Shown here: positions 38,980 to 52,537 of the stretch, in pieces
Position numbering within the stretch: position 1 is the first letter of the stretch
How the letters are laid out: every line of letters begins with the position of its first letter
Assembly: GCF_006345805.1 (NCBI RefSeq)
Contig: NC_043002.1
Span: 94,302,001-94,366,000 of the forward strand
DNA length: 64,000 nt
Reading direction: 5' to 3'
Source: Octopus sinensis
Lineage: Eukaryota
Notes under the pieces: model-generated
Database searches by the model: none
The model's input: the letters and a program-made list of their open reading frames with translations, nothing else
What the model was told of the DNA's origin: nothing
Position numbers and translations under genes: made by a program

Positions 38980-39195
38980 GGCAACGAGTTGGTAGAATCG
39001 TTAGCATGCCGGGCAAAATACTTAGAGCTATTTGGTCAGTCTTTACGTTCTGAGTTCAAATTCCGCCGAGGTCGACTTTGTCATTCATCCTTTCGGAGTC
39101 AATAAAATAAGTTACCAGTTGAATTCTGGGGTCAATTTAATCGACTTAACCCCTCCCCTAAAATTGCTGGCTTTGTGCCAGAAATTAGAAACAAT
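38980..39195 (+). mobile_element. SINE family B
   Basis: GGTAGAATCGTTAGCATGCCGGGC...TTCTGAGTTCAAATTCCGCCGAGGTCGAC. Confidence 0.8.
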
Positions 39196-39379
39196 ATAGG
39201 CAGGTAGAGCGCTATGGCTAAAAAATTAGTATCAGCCCTATCCGAGTCTGAGGCACTCAGGGCAAATTTATTTCAGCTATCATAATCTCGGGTTGACCTT
39301 TACTCCGTGAGAGGAGTTTGGATAAAAAGAAAATATACGGAAATCCGTCGTGAGTAAACTTACATATAGGTATGGTAGT

Positions 39380-39613
39380 CTCTTGTGTCCGAGAAAGACA
39401 GTTCTGCAATTTCTTGCTGAACCCAGTTTGATCATACTGCTCAAATGTGTGTGCTGCAGATTAGCTCATTCTCTGCGTCAAATCGACATTGCCTGCACAG
39501 GTGCAGGGTGTGATGTCGAAAAGTGTTTTGCTCAAGAGCACAATGCACAACGCCTACCTAGAAACGAACCCACGATCGTGAGTGCAACATCCTAACCATT
39601 AGGTCATACGCTC
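39380..39613 (-). mobile_element. Older tRNA-derived SINE with a core-like motif
   Basis: Minus strand GAGCGTATGACCTAATGGTTAGGATGTTGCACTCACGATCGTGGGTTCG...GTGCTCTTGAGCAAAACACTT. Confidence 0.6.
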
Positions 39614-39726
39614 TCACGTATATATATATATATATATATATATACATACATACATACATACATGCATACACACACACATACATACATACATACATACATA
39701 CATACATACATACATACATACATACA

Positions 39727-39757
<31 letters not shown>

Positions 39758-40129
39758 GAATAACTAGAGAAACAAATCCGTATTTAATTTGGTGAGTACG
39801 TATTTGCTGTCATACATTGTACACAATAGCACTATCACCGACCCGATCTTGGTGCTTACACTATTCAAATACCTGGTTCTTTCGAATTCTGCAAATTATA
39901 TATCTATATATCTATATAATTGTATATGGTTTGGACGATGTTACTGCCTTTCTTAGCCCCAGGAAAACATCTTTTACAGTTGGCTACCGACGTACAACCG
40001 CTTCTTTATACCTCGAACAAGGGAGCTAATGTCTCCACTCAACCTTAAACGATACCTGAGACTAGGTCTTGCTCGAAGTATATACTTTTAAAGTGACACA
40101 CAGTCACTGATCTCTTAAAGAGGAAAACG

Positions 40130-40380
40130 ATGGATGCGAGAAAGACTACATTGCACAAACTAAACTCACTTTAAGAATGAGATTAAATATTCATCGTCAA
40201 AAAATGTGTGATCCCAAAACTAGACAAATTCCACTTAGTGACCATCTAGACACATGCACATAAACCAAATCTCTCAAATTTCTCGTCTTCCCACTCTATC
40301 AATATCCAGACAATATTCCAGACTAAAGAAGAATTAATAAGGAAAATTCATCATTAAGAAAAACAAGCCACTTCTAGGGA
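40130..40380 (+). mobile_element. Penelope-like GIY-YIG endonuclease fragment
   Basis: CEKDYIAQTKLTLRMRLNIHRQKMCDPKTRQIPLSDHLDTC...FPLY...INKE. Confidence 0.75.
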
Positions 40381-41167
40381 GGCTATAAAAACATCAGTAA
40401 TACACGATTCTTCATTTTTTATGAATTAATTATTGTAGAATGTCTCCTTAGGCGCGTTATTAAGAAACCAAAATTCATGCACCAGTTATTATCTATCTTA
40501 TTTACTCCAGACCTCCTTATCTTACTTCACACCTCGTTATCAAAGGAGGGATATGTTTTAACATGTTCAATGAGAGGAGACTTGCATGAATTGATAGCAT
40601 CATTCTCCGACAGAATAGTAAATAATAATTAGCTATAAGACTTTTACGTAAACAAATATATCACTTGTTCATATATCTCTTTTCTGTCATATGACATATT
40701 GAATGGAGAAAAGCTTTCATGTAACCTTCTCACGCGACTGCCACATAAGCTTAATACATGAACGTTGACTAATTAATTGGTGCGTTAACGGATATCGTTC
40801 TGAGCCACATCAGTAATAACATCAATGATATACGATTCTCCTTTTTCATAAATTAATTATTGTAGAATGTCTACTTAATCTCGTTCTTAAGAAAATCAAA
40901 ATTGCTGCAGCAGTTTGAAAATCCAATGTGAAGCCATTCCTATACTTTAAAATATAACTAAAATACAATTATTCTAATATATTCTCTTTCAAATTCATTT
41001 CTTATATATGTTTGTATGTGTGTGTGAGTGTGTATAAATAGATATAAATAGGGAAAGAGAGAGAGAGAGAAAGAGAGAAAACATGTATGCATCGCACTTG
41101 AAGTATATACTACGTTGACAGGATAGCTGCAGCATTTTTCGTCTGAAATAAACAATCTCATAAACAT

Positions 41168-41465
41168 ATCACGTGATCACGTGACCGACCAGACCATCAG
41201 ATGTTGTTACACATCGCTGGTCACAATGCGTTCGCATTGTTTTAGCCTTCGAATGACGCCACCCCGCTGGCTAAGCGAGCAGGCCAACAGAAGAAAGAGT
41301 GGTGAAAGAGTACAGCAGGGATCACCACCACCCCCAGCCGGAGCCTCGTGGAGCTTTTAGGTGGTTTCGCTCAATAAACACACGCAACGCCCGGTCTGGG
41401 AATCGAAACCGCGATCCTGCGACCGCGAGTCCGCTGCCCTAACCACTAGGCCATTGCGCCTCCAC
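41168..41465 (-). mobile_element. SINE family C (tail type 2)
   Basis: Reverse complement of the 24141 type. Confidence 0.85.
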
Positions 41466-41853
41466 CATATACATATACTCTCTTTAAAAATACAGTATAT
41501 ATTAAAAGGAGACGAAAAACCGTTCTAGCAGCCTCTAGTAAGACACTAGGGGCGTTTTGGTTTCTGTTGAACCTTGCCAGTGACGGGTAGTCGCAGCCCA
41601 ACAAGGCTGAAATGTATCAAGCGTTCTTGCTAGCCGCTGTAGTGACGATTCTTCGTCTCTCTCCCACGTGTATTGTGTTTATATAACTCACCCATATCAG
41701 ACGTTGTTTCGGGCAAAAACTTCAACAACTTGCACTTATACCCTGTTTATAAATTAAGTATGACTATTTTTTATTTAATGCCGCTACAATAGCGTAGGCT
41801 GCATTACACATACAGACACACAGAACACATACAAGCACACACACACACACACA

Positions 41854-41884
<31 letters not shown>

Positions 41885-42029
41885 CAAGCATATAGCTTTC
41901 TCATGCTTGCGTAAATATGTGTATGTATATAATGTGCAATCTCACATGCATACATACGAGTCCAGGAAGAAAATCTCTACTTGTTTCTTGATCTGCAACA
42001 AATAGTTCCCAAATCTCTTTCATAGTACA

Positions 42030-42424
42030 CTAGCAGTATCGCCCGGCGTTGCTCAGGTTTGTAAGGGAAATAACTATATAAGCATTTTTAGAGAGTTATA
42101 GCCAAAAAATAGCAAAAAATGCATTAAAAATGGAAAAAAAAATTATGGTAATTTTTTTTTAAATCGTTGACTCATCGTAGACATTTTTAGAGAGTTACTT
42201 CCCTTATATAATAGCGAAAAAATGCATTAAAATGTATAAAAATGATGGTAATTTTTTTTTAAATCGTAGACTCATCGTAGACGCGCGCTAATACCCAGAA
42301 GGGCTCGATATGAATCACGACTATAAGATACCCGGTTTTGGTTAAACTGCACCGCAAAATGTGGGAGCAGTTAGGATCTAAATCGTAGGAGACAGACACA
42401 CAACCTTACTTTTATATATAAAGA
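42030..42424 (-). mobile_element. Non-autonomous Helitron with canonical termini
   Basis: On the minus strand: A|TCTTTATATATAAAAG 5' end, GC-rich GAGCAACGCCGGGCG subterminal motif, CTAG|T 3' end (AT target). Internal ~100-bp tandem duplication. Confidence 0.8.
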
Positions 42425-45400
42425 TTTGTGTCTTAAAAAAGAAAGCCCACATTGGGCGTATGTTTGAAAAAGACAAAGTAGACACCCTTTATAATAGTCT
42501 GCTTTTTTAGGGTTGCCCCGAAGCTCAAGAATGATAATTCATAATAATGTCTAGTCCATTTGTTTGTCTTATTGATATTAAAATCCTGCTGGTTCATTTA
42601 TAACAACTAAATATTATTACGGCATATTTTCTTCGACCATTTCTTAATCATTGCCAGCTAATGGCTACTTAAATATGTCGAGATTACCGTAGTCAGGTTA
42701 AACTCATTTTCGGATGAATAATTCAGAACGCTGGAAAATTTGGCGTTCAGATATCCTTTAAATGTTTAAATTGTTAAATTTTTAATTTCTTTTCAAAAGT
42801 CCATCTAACAATGTCAGGCTTCGTCATGCCAAGCTTACTGTAATTCTATGTGGAAAAGGAAGCTGATGAGATGGCAATAGGGTCTCTTATTTCTTTCGTA
42901 CTTTCTTCAGGAAAGCAAGATCAGGTTCTTATTGAAATAAAATAAACAGGTTAGGTATCATACTCAATGTTAAAACACTGTCACTAGGCCAGTTACTAAG
43001 GTATTTGTTTTGAGATAACATCTCTTTTGGATTTGCTGTGTTAAAAAGACAATGAGAGAGAGAGAGAGAGAAAGAGAGGGAGAGAGAAAGAGAGAGTGGG
43101 AAAAATCCATTGCAACAGTGCACTGCGAAAGCGTTAGATAAATTTCGGCCTTTTTTTGTGTCTCTTCAGTTCCACAAACATGCAGCCAGCCACACGCTCG
43201 GGCGCGTATTCGTCGTCGCTGATAAAGGAGACAGCTATTCGCAATATCATTAAATGTTTTATTCACTTTTTCCAATATCAGAGACGACGAATTCTCTGGT
43301 GCTTTCTCTGGCCGTTATAGGGAGAAATTTTCGTCTCTCTTTGACATTTATTGTGTTTTTATTACACCAAATCCATTAGCGATATATGCCAAGATAAATA
43401 TCGCAGTATCTGGTTTAGCAAAAGTGTGTATACATTAAGTACGATACATAGATGGGCTAGTTTAAGTAAACACTCTTTTATTTGCCTGTAGCAGATAAAA
43501 TAAATATAAAATTTCTTATTTTTCTTTTTTTGTCTTCGTAAACGTAATTGCTAGAAGATATCCAATGTTTTATATTAATTCTAAACTTCTAAGACAACTT
43601 GATGAAATTATATTTTGATTCTAAATTGATATTTTATCATTTTATCAATCAGGTGTTTTTTTGCACGAATCTCTTAAGACCTATAGTTTACCTATACGAA
43701 CAGGGGAAACGAAGCAATGATTTTATCAATTTTATGTTGACGTATATATATATATATCTGTAAATGTAATATGAGACAATTACTCGGTAGCCATGATAAA
43801 ACTCCGAGTTTCGGATGCCGAGGTGGAAATCCACGCCGCCATCTCTTCAGTTATCCGGCCATCGGAAAAATGCTATGAAAAATGACCGTTATACAAAGGG
43901 AAATTACTGTGTGATTGACCGTTATTAAGACAAAAGAGCTATTCGAATGACCGCTAAGTAAGGGGGTAAAAATGTTCATAGTATTCGCGTAAGCGCGCCT
44001 GTTCATAATCCCCCATTATTCTCTAATTCACTTTTTCTTCCCTTCTATCTGTCTCTCTCTTCCCCTCTTTCTTTTTTTCTCACCCTCGTTGCTCACACGT
44101 AACCATCGTCCATCTTTCATTTCCTCACGTGACCATGTTTCTTTTCCTCCAGGACGTCCTAAGGACTGGACGTCTATCTCTCTCTTCTATCTTTTCACTT
44201 TCCAAAGAAAATATTTCTCCCAGCGTTCGCTATTTTACCCTCGTTCTCGTCTAACGACCCTTCATGTATGTTTTCGTTCGGTTTCCTTGTATGTCCCCAC
44301 TGTCCTGTTTTCGTTCCCAACTTTGACCCGCTATAAATCCAAAATTTTATTTTAGTATTTATAGGAGCAGCTGTCTTTGAAGACTCATATTGTCATTGAA
44401 TGCTCGAAATGAGGAGTAGATAAACAGCCGACAACTGATAAAGGGTCGTTCTTTGTGTCACTTGTCCTGTTTTCCATTTTTTCTCTTTCGTTGTTTGCGT
44501 ATTTAACTCATTTATTTTCGCATTTCATGTTGTTTACTGTTGGTGAACATATATATATATATATATATATATATTGTTATATTTCGGAATGGTCATATTG
44601 CCAGTTTAGCCAATATATATATATATTATTAATAAAACCATTACTTTGTTTTCCTTGTTCATGTAGATAAACTCTAGTATATATGTATATATATATTTGT
44701 GTGTATGTGTGTGTATGTGCGTGTGTGCATATATATAAACCTACGCGATTGAGTTATGAGTTTTCCGACTTATTATCAGGTATTGTCACTTGTGTGTTCA
44801 AATACGCTTTAGGCGCTTTTGTATTTTGCTGTGCAGACATTTCGTGTCGGGCTTACAATTCAGTTTACTGCAGAAGATGGTTATAAGACGCCTTCAGAGA
44901 GTTGTAACTGCAGCTAGCTTGCTATTTAGCAGGATATCTCTCATCTTAACATTCTTAAACCCAGAGCTAAACATATATTGATGAAATATTTTTTATCTTA
45001 TATTTATGAGATATCGACAAGAATTAAACATGATTCCTTATACTTATCATTTGATTAGTTCTTTAGACCATTCGTAACATTAATAAATACAGAATTATAA
45101 TACTTATGCAATAGTAATTAACATTCGAAACCTTAATTATCTGAAGAAAATTGTAAATTAACTACAAATGTTCAAAACCACGTGATGTAAAAATTGTGAA
45201 AAAGACTAGTCTTTTTTAAGTTGTCTCCGGACACACACACATACACACACGCACACACGCACACACGCACACAACAAAAAGAATTTGACTAAATTTTTGG
45301 ACATCGATATTCAATTAATGCTTCTTCGATCTCAAATCTATTGGCAAATTCTTTTTTCTTCCGAATTTCAGTTGTATAGTGGTTCTCTGTTATTTTAAAG

Positions 45401-45599
45401 TGTTGCTGTATTGCTTTTTGTGAATTTGTTTTGTATTTATTACGGTAATATCTGTTTGCTTTCTTCATTTGCTTTTAATATAACAATTTCCATTAATGAG
45501 ACAAACCGGAATATAAAATATCTGTGAAACAACTCAGTAAATCCAATTTTTGACTGATAACCTGATCATAAAATCGTATCAATATCACTGAATATGACA

Positions 45600-45780
45600 A
45601 GGTGGCAAGCTGGCAGAATCGTTAGCACACCGAGCAAAATGCTTAACGGCATTTCGTTCGTCTTTGTGCTCTGAGTTCGAATTCAGCGAAGTTTGACTTT
45701 GTCATTTATTCTTCTGAAGTCAATAAAATAAGTACCAGTTGAGCAGTGGGGTCGATGTAGTCAACTTACCCCCACCAAAT
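45600..45780 (+). mobile_element. SINE family B
   Basis: GGTGGCAAGCTGGCAGAATCGTTAGCA...AAGTACCAGTTGAGCAGTGGGGTCGAT. Confidence 0.8.
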
Positions 45781-46317
45781 TACTGAATATGAAACTGACG
45801 GGCTTTACAAAAAAGATAAGTTCTTGGTGAATAGCGTTCGCGGGGCACGATTTCAATTTTTAGCTGTTGCTATTTTATTTCACTTCTCCCGGAAAAGTAA
45901 GAACGTCGCACCATCTCATTTGACTCATTATAGATAAGAATCTTTATGCCAACTAAGGCAAATGCCAATGGTGGTGGTTTACATTGGTCAAAATAATACA
46001 GTGAACTGATCCCAGTTATGCTCAAAACATCAATGTTTTCTTCTCTCAATGGCATAAATTTATCCAAAATAAACGAGCTTTATTATAAGGTACTTCATCA
46101 CAGACCTCCACCATGTTCCTTGAACTTTGTCTTATTTTCCCAAATTAATGTTAGGTTACCTTCTGCATATTAGTTGAAATTCGCCGAGGTAGACTTTGCA
46201 TCTCATCCTTTCGGGGTCGATAAAATAAGTACCAGTTGAACACTGGGGTTGGTATAATCGACTTACATCCTTCCTTGAACTTTGTTGGCTTTGTGCTCAA
46301 ATTTTAAACAATAACAG

Positions 46318-46401
46318 GGATCTTTACCTTTTGACCGACAGATTTAAAAAATAATTTTTTGTAACTAAACACTAAAATCAACTGTCAAAAGGTAAAGATC
46401 C
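46318..46401. mobile_element. 84-bp mini-MITE related to the GGATC-TIR family
   Basis: 18-bp TIR GGATCTTTACCTTTTGAC / GTCAAAAGGTAAAGATCC. Flanks AATAACAG / AATATCAG (7/8 identical). Confidence 0.8.
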
Positions 46402-46969
46402 AATATCAGTTGTATTTAAAGTAGCGTCATTTCCAATGGTCGTAAAGTTAGACAACTCTGTATGTGGTCCAGACAACCACCGCTGTTCAAAGTTTCAATT
46501 AAAACACATTATATTTTGTTTATTTGCCAAAAGTAAGACTTTTTTGGTGTTTTCTTCTGTATCTCTCAAAGAAAACGTTTGTAATATAACAGAATATTAA
46601 TTAGAAGTAATTTCAGAGTTTCATAAGAAACTTATTCGAAATGACGTCGGATGCCGTATTGTCTTTCCTATGTTCGATTCAGAGCTTAACGGTGTAGAAT
46701 AAGGTAATACGGATTAAAGAGATAAATGGAATAGTATGGGTAAGTTAATGCAGTTCTTCATTAATATTAATCGAACTGGAAATATAATATAAATGGTTTG
46801 CTTTGAGATGAATTACAAGCTAAAGTTTCAGACAAGGATCCTGTCGGATTAGAATGAACCCAATTTTTGTCACATTTTCGTCTCACATCAATTTGTGTGA
46901 TTATTATCGAGAAAATACTACAAGGAGTTGTGAAAGACAGCTGTATCTAATAATTTTATAATCTTGTGA

Positions 46970-47175
46970 TATTGGTTTCAAATTCTGGCATAATGCCAGC
47001 AATTTCAGGGGAGGAGGCAAGTCGATTAAAACGACCTCAGTGCTCAACTGGTGCTTATTTAATCGATTCCGAAAGGATGAAAAGCAAAGTCGACCACAGC
47101 GGAATTTGAACTGAGGACGTGAAGACGGACGGAATGCAACTGAGCATTTTGGCTGGCGTGCCAGCTCGTCGCCTT
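46970..47175 (-). mobile_element. SINE family B
   Basis: Reverse complement of the family B body, ending CCAGCTCGTCGCCTT. Confidence 0.8.
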
Positions 47176-47801
47176 ATATTCTTTTAATATTGAAAGTCAT
47201 TGAGTTTAACATATTTAAATCAATTTTAAATAATTCATTAAAAGAGATCAATGAAAATAAAATTCGAAATAAAAGAGATAAATTTTCAAACGTATTTCCT
47301 AGTTGTGTTATTGAAGACATTCCTATATTTAGAAGATTGAAGAAATCCAGGTATGTATTGAATGTTGTAAAAAAAACCTAGCTTTAATTTTACTTCCAGT
47401 TGCCTTAAACGAACATCAAATTAATTACTTAATTGAAATTCTTGGAAATAAAATTTTGGATAGATGAGATCGGATCTCAGATATATGATTTTGGTTGAAA
47501 AGACTATTTCCTAAATGTTAAAGGATATTTAATTGACTTTATTTTGTTGTAACTTATCAATGATAAATTTTGAAAGAATATATTTTCATCGATCTATTTT
47601 TGTTGTTTCCTTTTTGACACATTAAAAGAAAAGTGAGAATGAAATTAATATTTAAGTGAAACTCTTATAGTGAAATATCGGTGTACTAAGATCAGATCTC
47701 CGTTTTATATTTTAGTCGACTTCCTTTAACTCTAATTATGCCACCAACGCATTAGAAAAATGTTTAGACCTAAAAAAAACAACAAAAAAAAAACGATAAA
47801 C

Positions 47802-48078
47802 GTCGCCCTTTCAAGCCTAGCCAGGCTCATGGGCCCGGTTTTTGTGGCGTATGTGTTCCCCCCCAGCTGGACGGGATGCCAGTCCATCACAGCGTTACTC
47901 AAGAAACAGGAAGAGAGAGTGAGAGAAAGTTGTGGCGAAAGAGTACAACAGGGATCGCCACCACCTCCTGCCGGAGCATCGTAGAGCTTTTAGATGTTTT
48001 CGCTCAATAAACACACACAACGCCCGGTCTGGGAATCGAAACCGCGATCCTCCGACTGCCCTAACCACTGGGCCATTT
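47802..48078 (-). mobile_element. SINE family C (type-2-like head, type-1-like tail)
   Basis: CTGGACGGGATGCCAGTCCATCACAG tail joined to a GGGAATCGAAACCGCGATCC head. Confidence 0.8.
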
Positions 48079-48273
48079 CACTTCCACTTTAGGCCTCATA
48101 TCTTTCTATTTTCTCAACTCATGAAAAATCTCAACAAAAATATCGGTTATTGTTTCAGAGGAAAAGAAGCCAATATTTAGGAGAGTAGAGTACGTACCTG
48201 GAATAGATGTAAACACCCAGCAAACCGAGTAAGCTGCTTAATTGCAATTCCCATTCATAATGTTTCATCCCTC

Positions 48274-48450
48274 TAAGGCGGCGAGCTGGCAGAATCGTTA
48301 ATACTCCGGGCAAAATGCTTAGCGACATTTCGTCCGTCTATATGTTCTGAATACAAATTCGGCTGAGGTCGACTTTGCACTGGGGTCAATGTAATCTATT
48401 ACCCCATCCTCGAAATTGTTGGCTTTGTGCTAAAATTTGAAATCAATATT
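48274..48450 (+). mobile_element. SINE family B (internally deleted)
   Basis: AAGGCGGCGAGCTGGCAGAATCG...GAGGTCGACTTTGCA|CTGGGGTC. Confidence 0.78.
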
Positions 48451-48530
48451 TCATTTAGCTGGGGCTGTGCATTGGTGAAATCACTGGAACGACAGTGAAT
48501 GTAAATGCTTTATGGTAATTTAGTTTACAG

Positions 48531-48770
48531 AAGGCGGCGAGCTGGCAGAAACGTTAGAACGCCGGGCGAAATGCTTCGCAGTATTTCGTCTACCGCTACG
48601 TTCTGAGTTCAAATTCCGCCGAGGTCGACTTTGCCTTTCATCCTTTCGGGGTCGATTAAATAAGTACCAGTTACGCACTGGGGTCGATATAATCGACTTC
48701 ATCCGTTTGTCTGTTCTTGTTTGTCCTCTCTGTGTTTAGTCCCTTGTGGGTAGTGAAGAAATAGGTAATT
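48531..48770 (+). mobile_element. SINE family B, full length reference copy
   Basis: AAGGCGGCGAGCTGGCAGAAACG...TTCTGAGTTCAAATTCC (B-box-like), CCTTTCATCCTTTCGGGGTCGATTAAATAAGTACCAG central block. Confidence 0.88.
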
Positions 48771-51052
48771 TAGTTTACAGCCCTTACCGTTCTGAGTTCA
48801 AAATCACGCCCAAGGTCGACCTTGCATTTTCTTCTTTCGGATGAGAGCGATCAGTTAAGGTGCCAATTAGATACTGAAGTCAATATACTCGACTAAAGAC
48901 TAATGTATATGACTTGTGACCGAATTAGAAATCAAAATTTCACGTTATTCACTTCCTTGAGCGAGCATAAACGTTTCATCCTTTTCTTACAAACACGGAA
49001 TATTGTAGTTGTCTTTGAAACTAATAGATAACCATAACTAATACATAAGTTCAATGAGTACAATAAAATCAATGAAAACATATATAATTTAATAGGTTAT
49101 TTAAATTCGTTTTTCTCTATTTTGGGTTTCAAATCTGTCAGAATAGTCTTTATCTATCATTCCAGCTTGTTTCATAAAATAAGTTCGAGTAGTATACTGT
49201 GGTTATTCAAATAACTATGCTGATTTATTCTAAAGGTTGGCGCTGTGTTTGATACTTATCTTGTTGAGGCAATCTATTGGCCTTATCGAATATATACAAC
49301 AATAACAATCTGAATGTAATTGTCTTTAGATAAACCACTGGTATTTGATAGCTGTCATGAGTCAGCTGTTCCATAAATCATATTCAATAACTAGTTAGTG
49401 TAGTTTCTAGCACCAATGGAAATCAGCTGTTGTTTAGTTAATCGACCAAAAGTATCTCAGCCATTGCTGGGTTGTTTTGCATATCTAGAACTAAATTGCC
49501 CTATATGTTTTGTAGTTTAAAGGCACAAGTAAGGTTGCTCTTACCTCGAGATGCAATCGGCAACAATATATCCAAACTTCGGGTTATAGGAACCAGCAAA
49601 ACTCAACAGTCGTATCCTCACGTGCACTCTTACCGAGTTTCTGTCCAGAAAGGACAATTGCCCTGAAATGATCCTCAAAACATGTCTGTCGCGCTCGACG
49701 TCTCGGTGAAGAAAGAGGTTGTTCGAAGCACCCCAACCCCGTTTCTTGACGTGATGTCACATCCTCTCGTTTCCTGTCCTCTCGTCCTCGTCGTCTCCTT
49801 CATCTCTCCACAATTTTTAACATAGTAAATTATAATCTGATGCAATTTGGATATTCCTAGCACTAATCGGCTATATAGACCAGATGTTCTAAATCAGTTT
49901 GGATTGTGTGAGATCCTAGAAAGCTACTGGTGTACTTTGTATAACAAGTTAATGAAACTTTGAAAGTTGAACATTTAGAAAGAAAACATTAAAAAAAATT
50001 AACTTACCTGGTTTTATTAATCATATTACTTCTATAACAAAATTGTGAATAACGTTATTTTAAAATGCTCAAATATGAGTATGGATTTTCTAAAGCTTAA
50101 ATTATTTCTAAAACTCTGCAGCGCGGCAAGATACCAATAGTAACGGATCGCTTGAGAATTACTGGCATAGAAGTACATTTGTTAGCTGGTAAATTTATTG
50201 TATTTATTCTATTGTGTATATATTTCGTTAACATACTGGTAAATGAAAGTGTAAGTTGGAAGGGAGAGATTTCAACAACAGCTGAAAAACAAGCAGCATA
50301 ACGATCTGATTCTGCTGAATATATAAGATATTTATTTAGACATTTGAGAGAATTACCATAAGCCGCATTGGAGCTGGAAGATGTGGATGAACACAGATAT
50401 AGCTATGAGAATGCAATTACATACACCGTTTAGTTATAAATTATGGTATTCGACTAATGAGAAGCATTATTCAAGTGGTTACTATACTGTACATAAGAGC
50501 TATGGTTCGTTGCCACTAGAGTTAATTCTTGAGCTTTTGTTTAAAAAATAAGCTCAACAAGCTGCTATCAGATATGACATTCCTTGTGTTGACTGAGGTA
50601 GAATAAGAATTACTAGTAGTTCATACAATACATCTTCATAAGATTCTGCTTAGATTTGCTTCACAAAGGAACATATCTACCGAACAAGATAGATTGTCTC
50701 CCTTCTTCTTTTCCTCATACCGTTTCCAACTTTTGTTATCTTTATCTTCAATTCTTTCTACATATGTATATATATTCCTTTATTTTTTTTCTCTAATTAT
50801 CTCTCTCTTTTTATTTATATATTTTCTTCCTCTAACTGCAGATGCGTGCATATACATGCACTCTCTCACATACATAAAAATGCATGTATGCATATATGTA
50901 TGTATGTACGTATGTATGTATTTATGTATGTATGTATGTATGTATGTATGTATGTATGTATGTATGTATATGTATGTATGTATCTATCTATCTATCTATC
51001 TAGCTACCTATCAGTCTGACTATCTCTGTGTCTGTTTGTCTGTCTGTTTCTT

Positions 51053-51166
<114 letters not shown>

Positions 51167-51730
51167 CAGATATGTATGTATATACATACACACTCTTATG
51201 TATCTCTGTGTGTAAAGATTTTGTTATGCACATTCTTGGGGCTTCAAAGTTTGGTTCAAAGTGAGAGTTTGCTGTCTTTTATACATGAAAAACCATGAGT
51301 TGCTGAAAGCAAAACTGCACGTGAACTTCACATAAAAGCCTGGAAAACTATCAAAGTCAAAATATAAGAAGCGTAAAAGCAATTTTCAACCAAAAAAAAG
51401 CAAACAAACAAACAAAAAACCCCCAAAACAAACAAACAAAAGAAAAATAATTGAAAATGCAATATCGAGTCTTCCTTATAAATACAAATGATAAAAAAAC
51501 GATATGCGTTTGTGTCCATAGTGGATAAAAATAATATTGTTGCTTATTTTTCTGTGGGTAGTTTTCTTTTCCATTTGTCTCTTTATACACTTAAATTATA
51601 GAAAAACATTTCTTTTGTTTCCCATACTTCGCAACATTGAAGCTAGCTTATAATTTCATATGAATATTTGTATTTATAAGTATTCGGAGGTGAAAACTAT
51701 ATTCATTCAAATATACGTTTACGTTGTTGC

Positions 51731-51732
<2 letters not shown>

Positions 51733-51767
<35 letters not shown>

Positions 51768-51973
51768 TACTTGTTTCAGTCATTTGACTGCGGCCATGCT
51801 GGAGCACCGCCTTTAGAGTGGTGAAAGAGTACAGCAGGGATCACCACCTCCTGCCGGAGCCTCGTGGAGCTTTTAGGTGTTTTTTTCGCTCAATAAACAC
51901 ACACAACGCCCGGTCTGGGAATCGAAACCGCGATCCTGCGACCGCAAGTCCGCTGCCCTAACCACTAGGCCAT
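51733..51973 (-). mobile_element. Chimeric SINE: family C head/body, family A tail, poly(A)
   Basis: Minus strand: C head through CTCTTTCACCACTCT, then AAAGGCGGTGCTCCAGCATGGCCGCAGTCAAATGACTGAAAC, then a long A run. Confidence 0.8.
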
Positions 51974-52289
51974 ATCTGTATTTTTGTACTATTAACGTGA
52001 ATGTATGTGCATATAGACACAGTCATATGCATTATATTTAATACATTCATGAATATGTGTATATATATACATATGATTACATAAATGCATATATATGTAT
52101 GCATATAATTATGTACACATTCAAGATTATGTATGTATGAATGTATGTATGTATGAATGCGTATTAATCTACCTCGGTATATATGCAAATATATATGTGT
52201 GCATGTATGCGTATATATGAGTATATTCAAAGATACATAGAAATATGATCCAGTTAGAGTAATTTAAACTTAATACTACTAATATTATT

Positions 52290-52499
52290 TTATTTGTTTC
52301 AGTCATTTGACTGCGGCCACGCTGGAGCATCGCCCTTAGTCGAGCAAATCGACCCCAGGACTTATTCTTTGTAAGCCTAGTACTTATTCTATCGTCCTCT
52401 TTTGGCAAACCGCTAAGTGACGGGGACATAAACACACCAGCATCGGTTGTCAAGCGATATTGGGGGAACAAACACAGACACACAAACATATGCATACAA

Positions 52500-52537
<38 letters not shown>

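Noticed and set aside
50000-50050. Minus-strand donor CAG|GTAAGT
   Set aside because: Upstream sequence is AT-rich with no credible exon.
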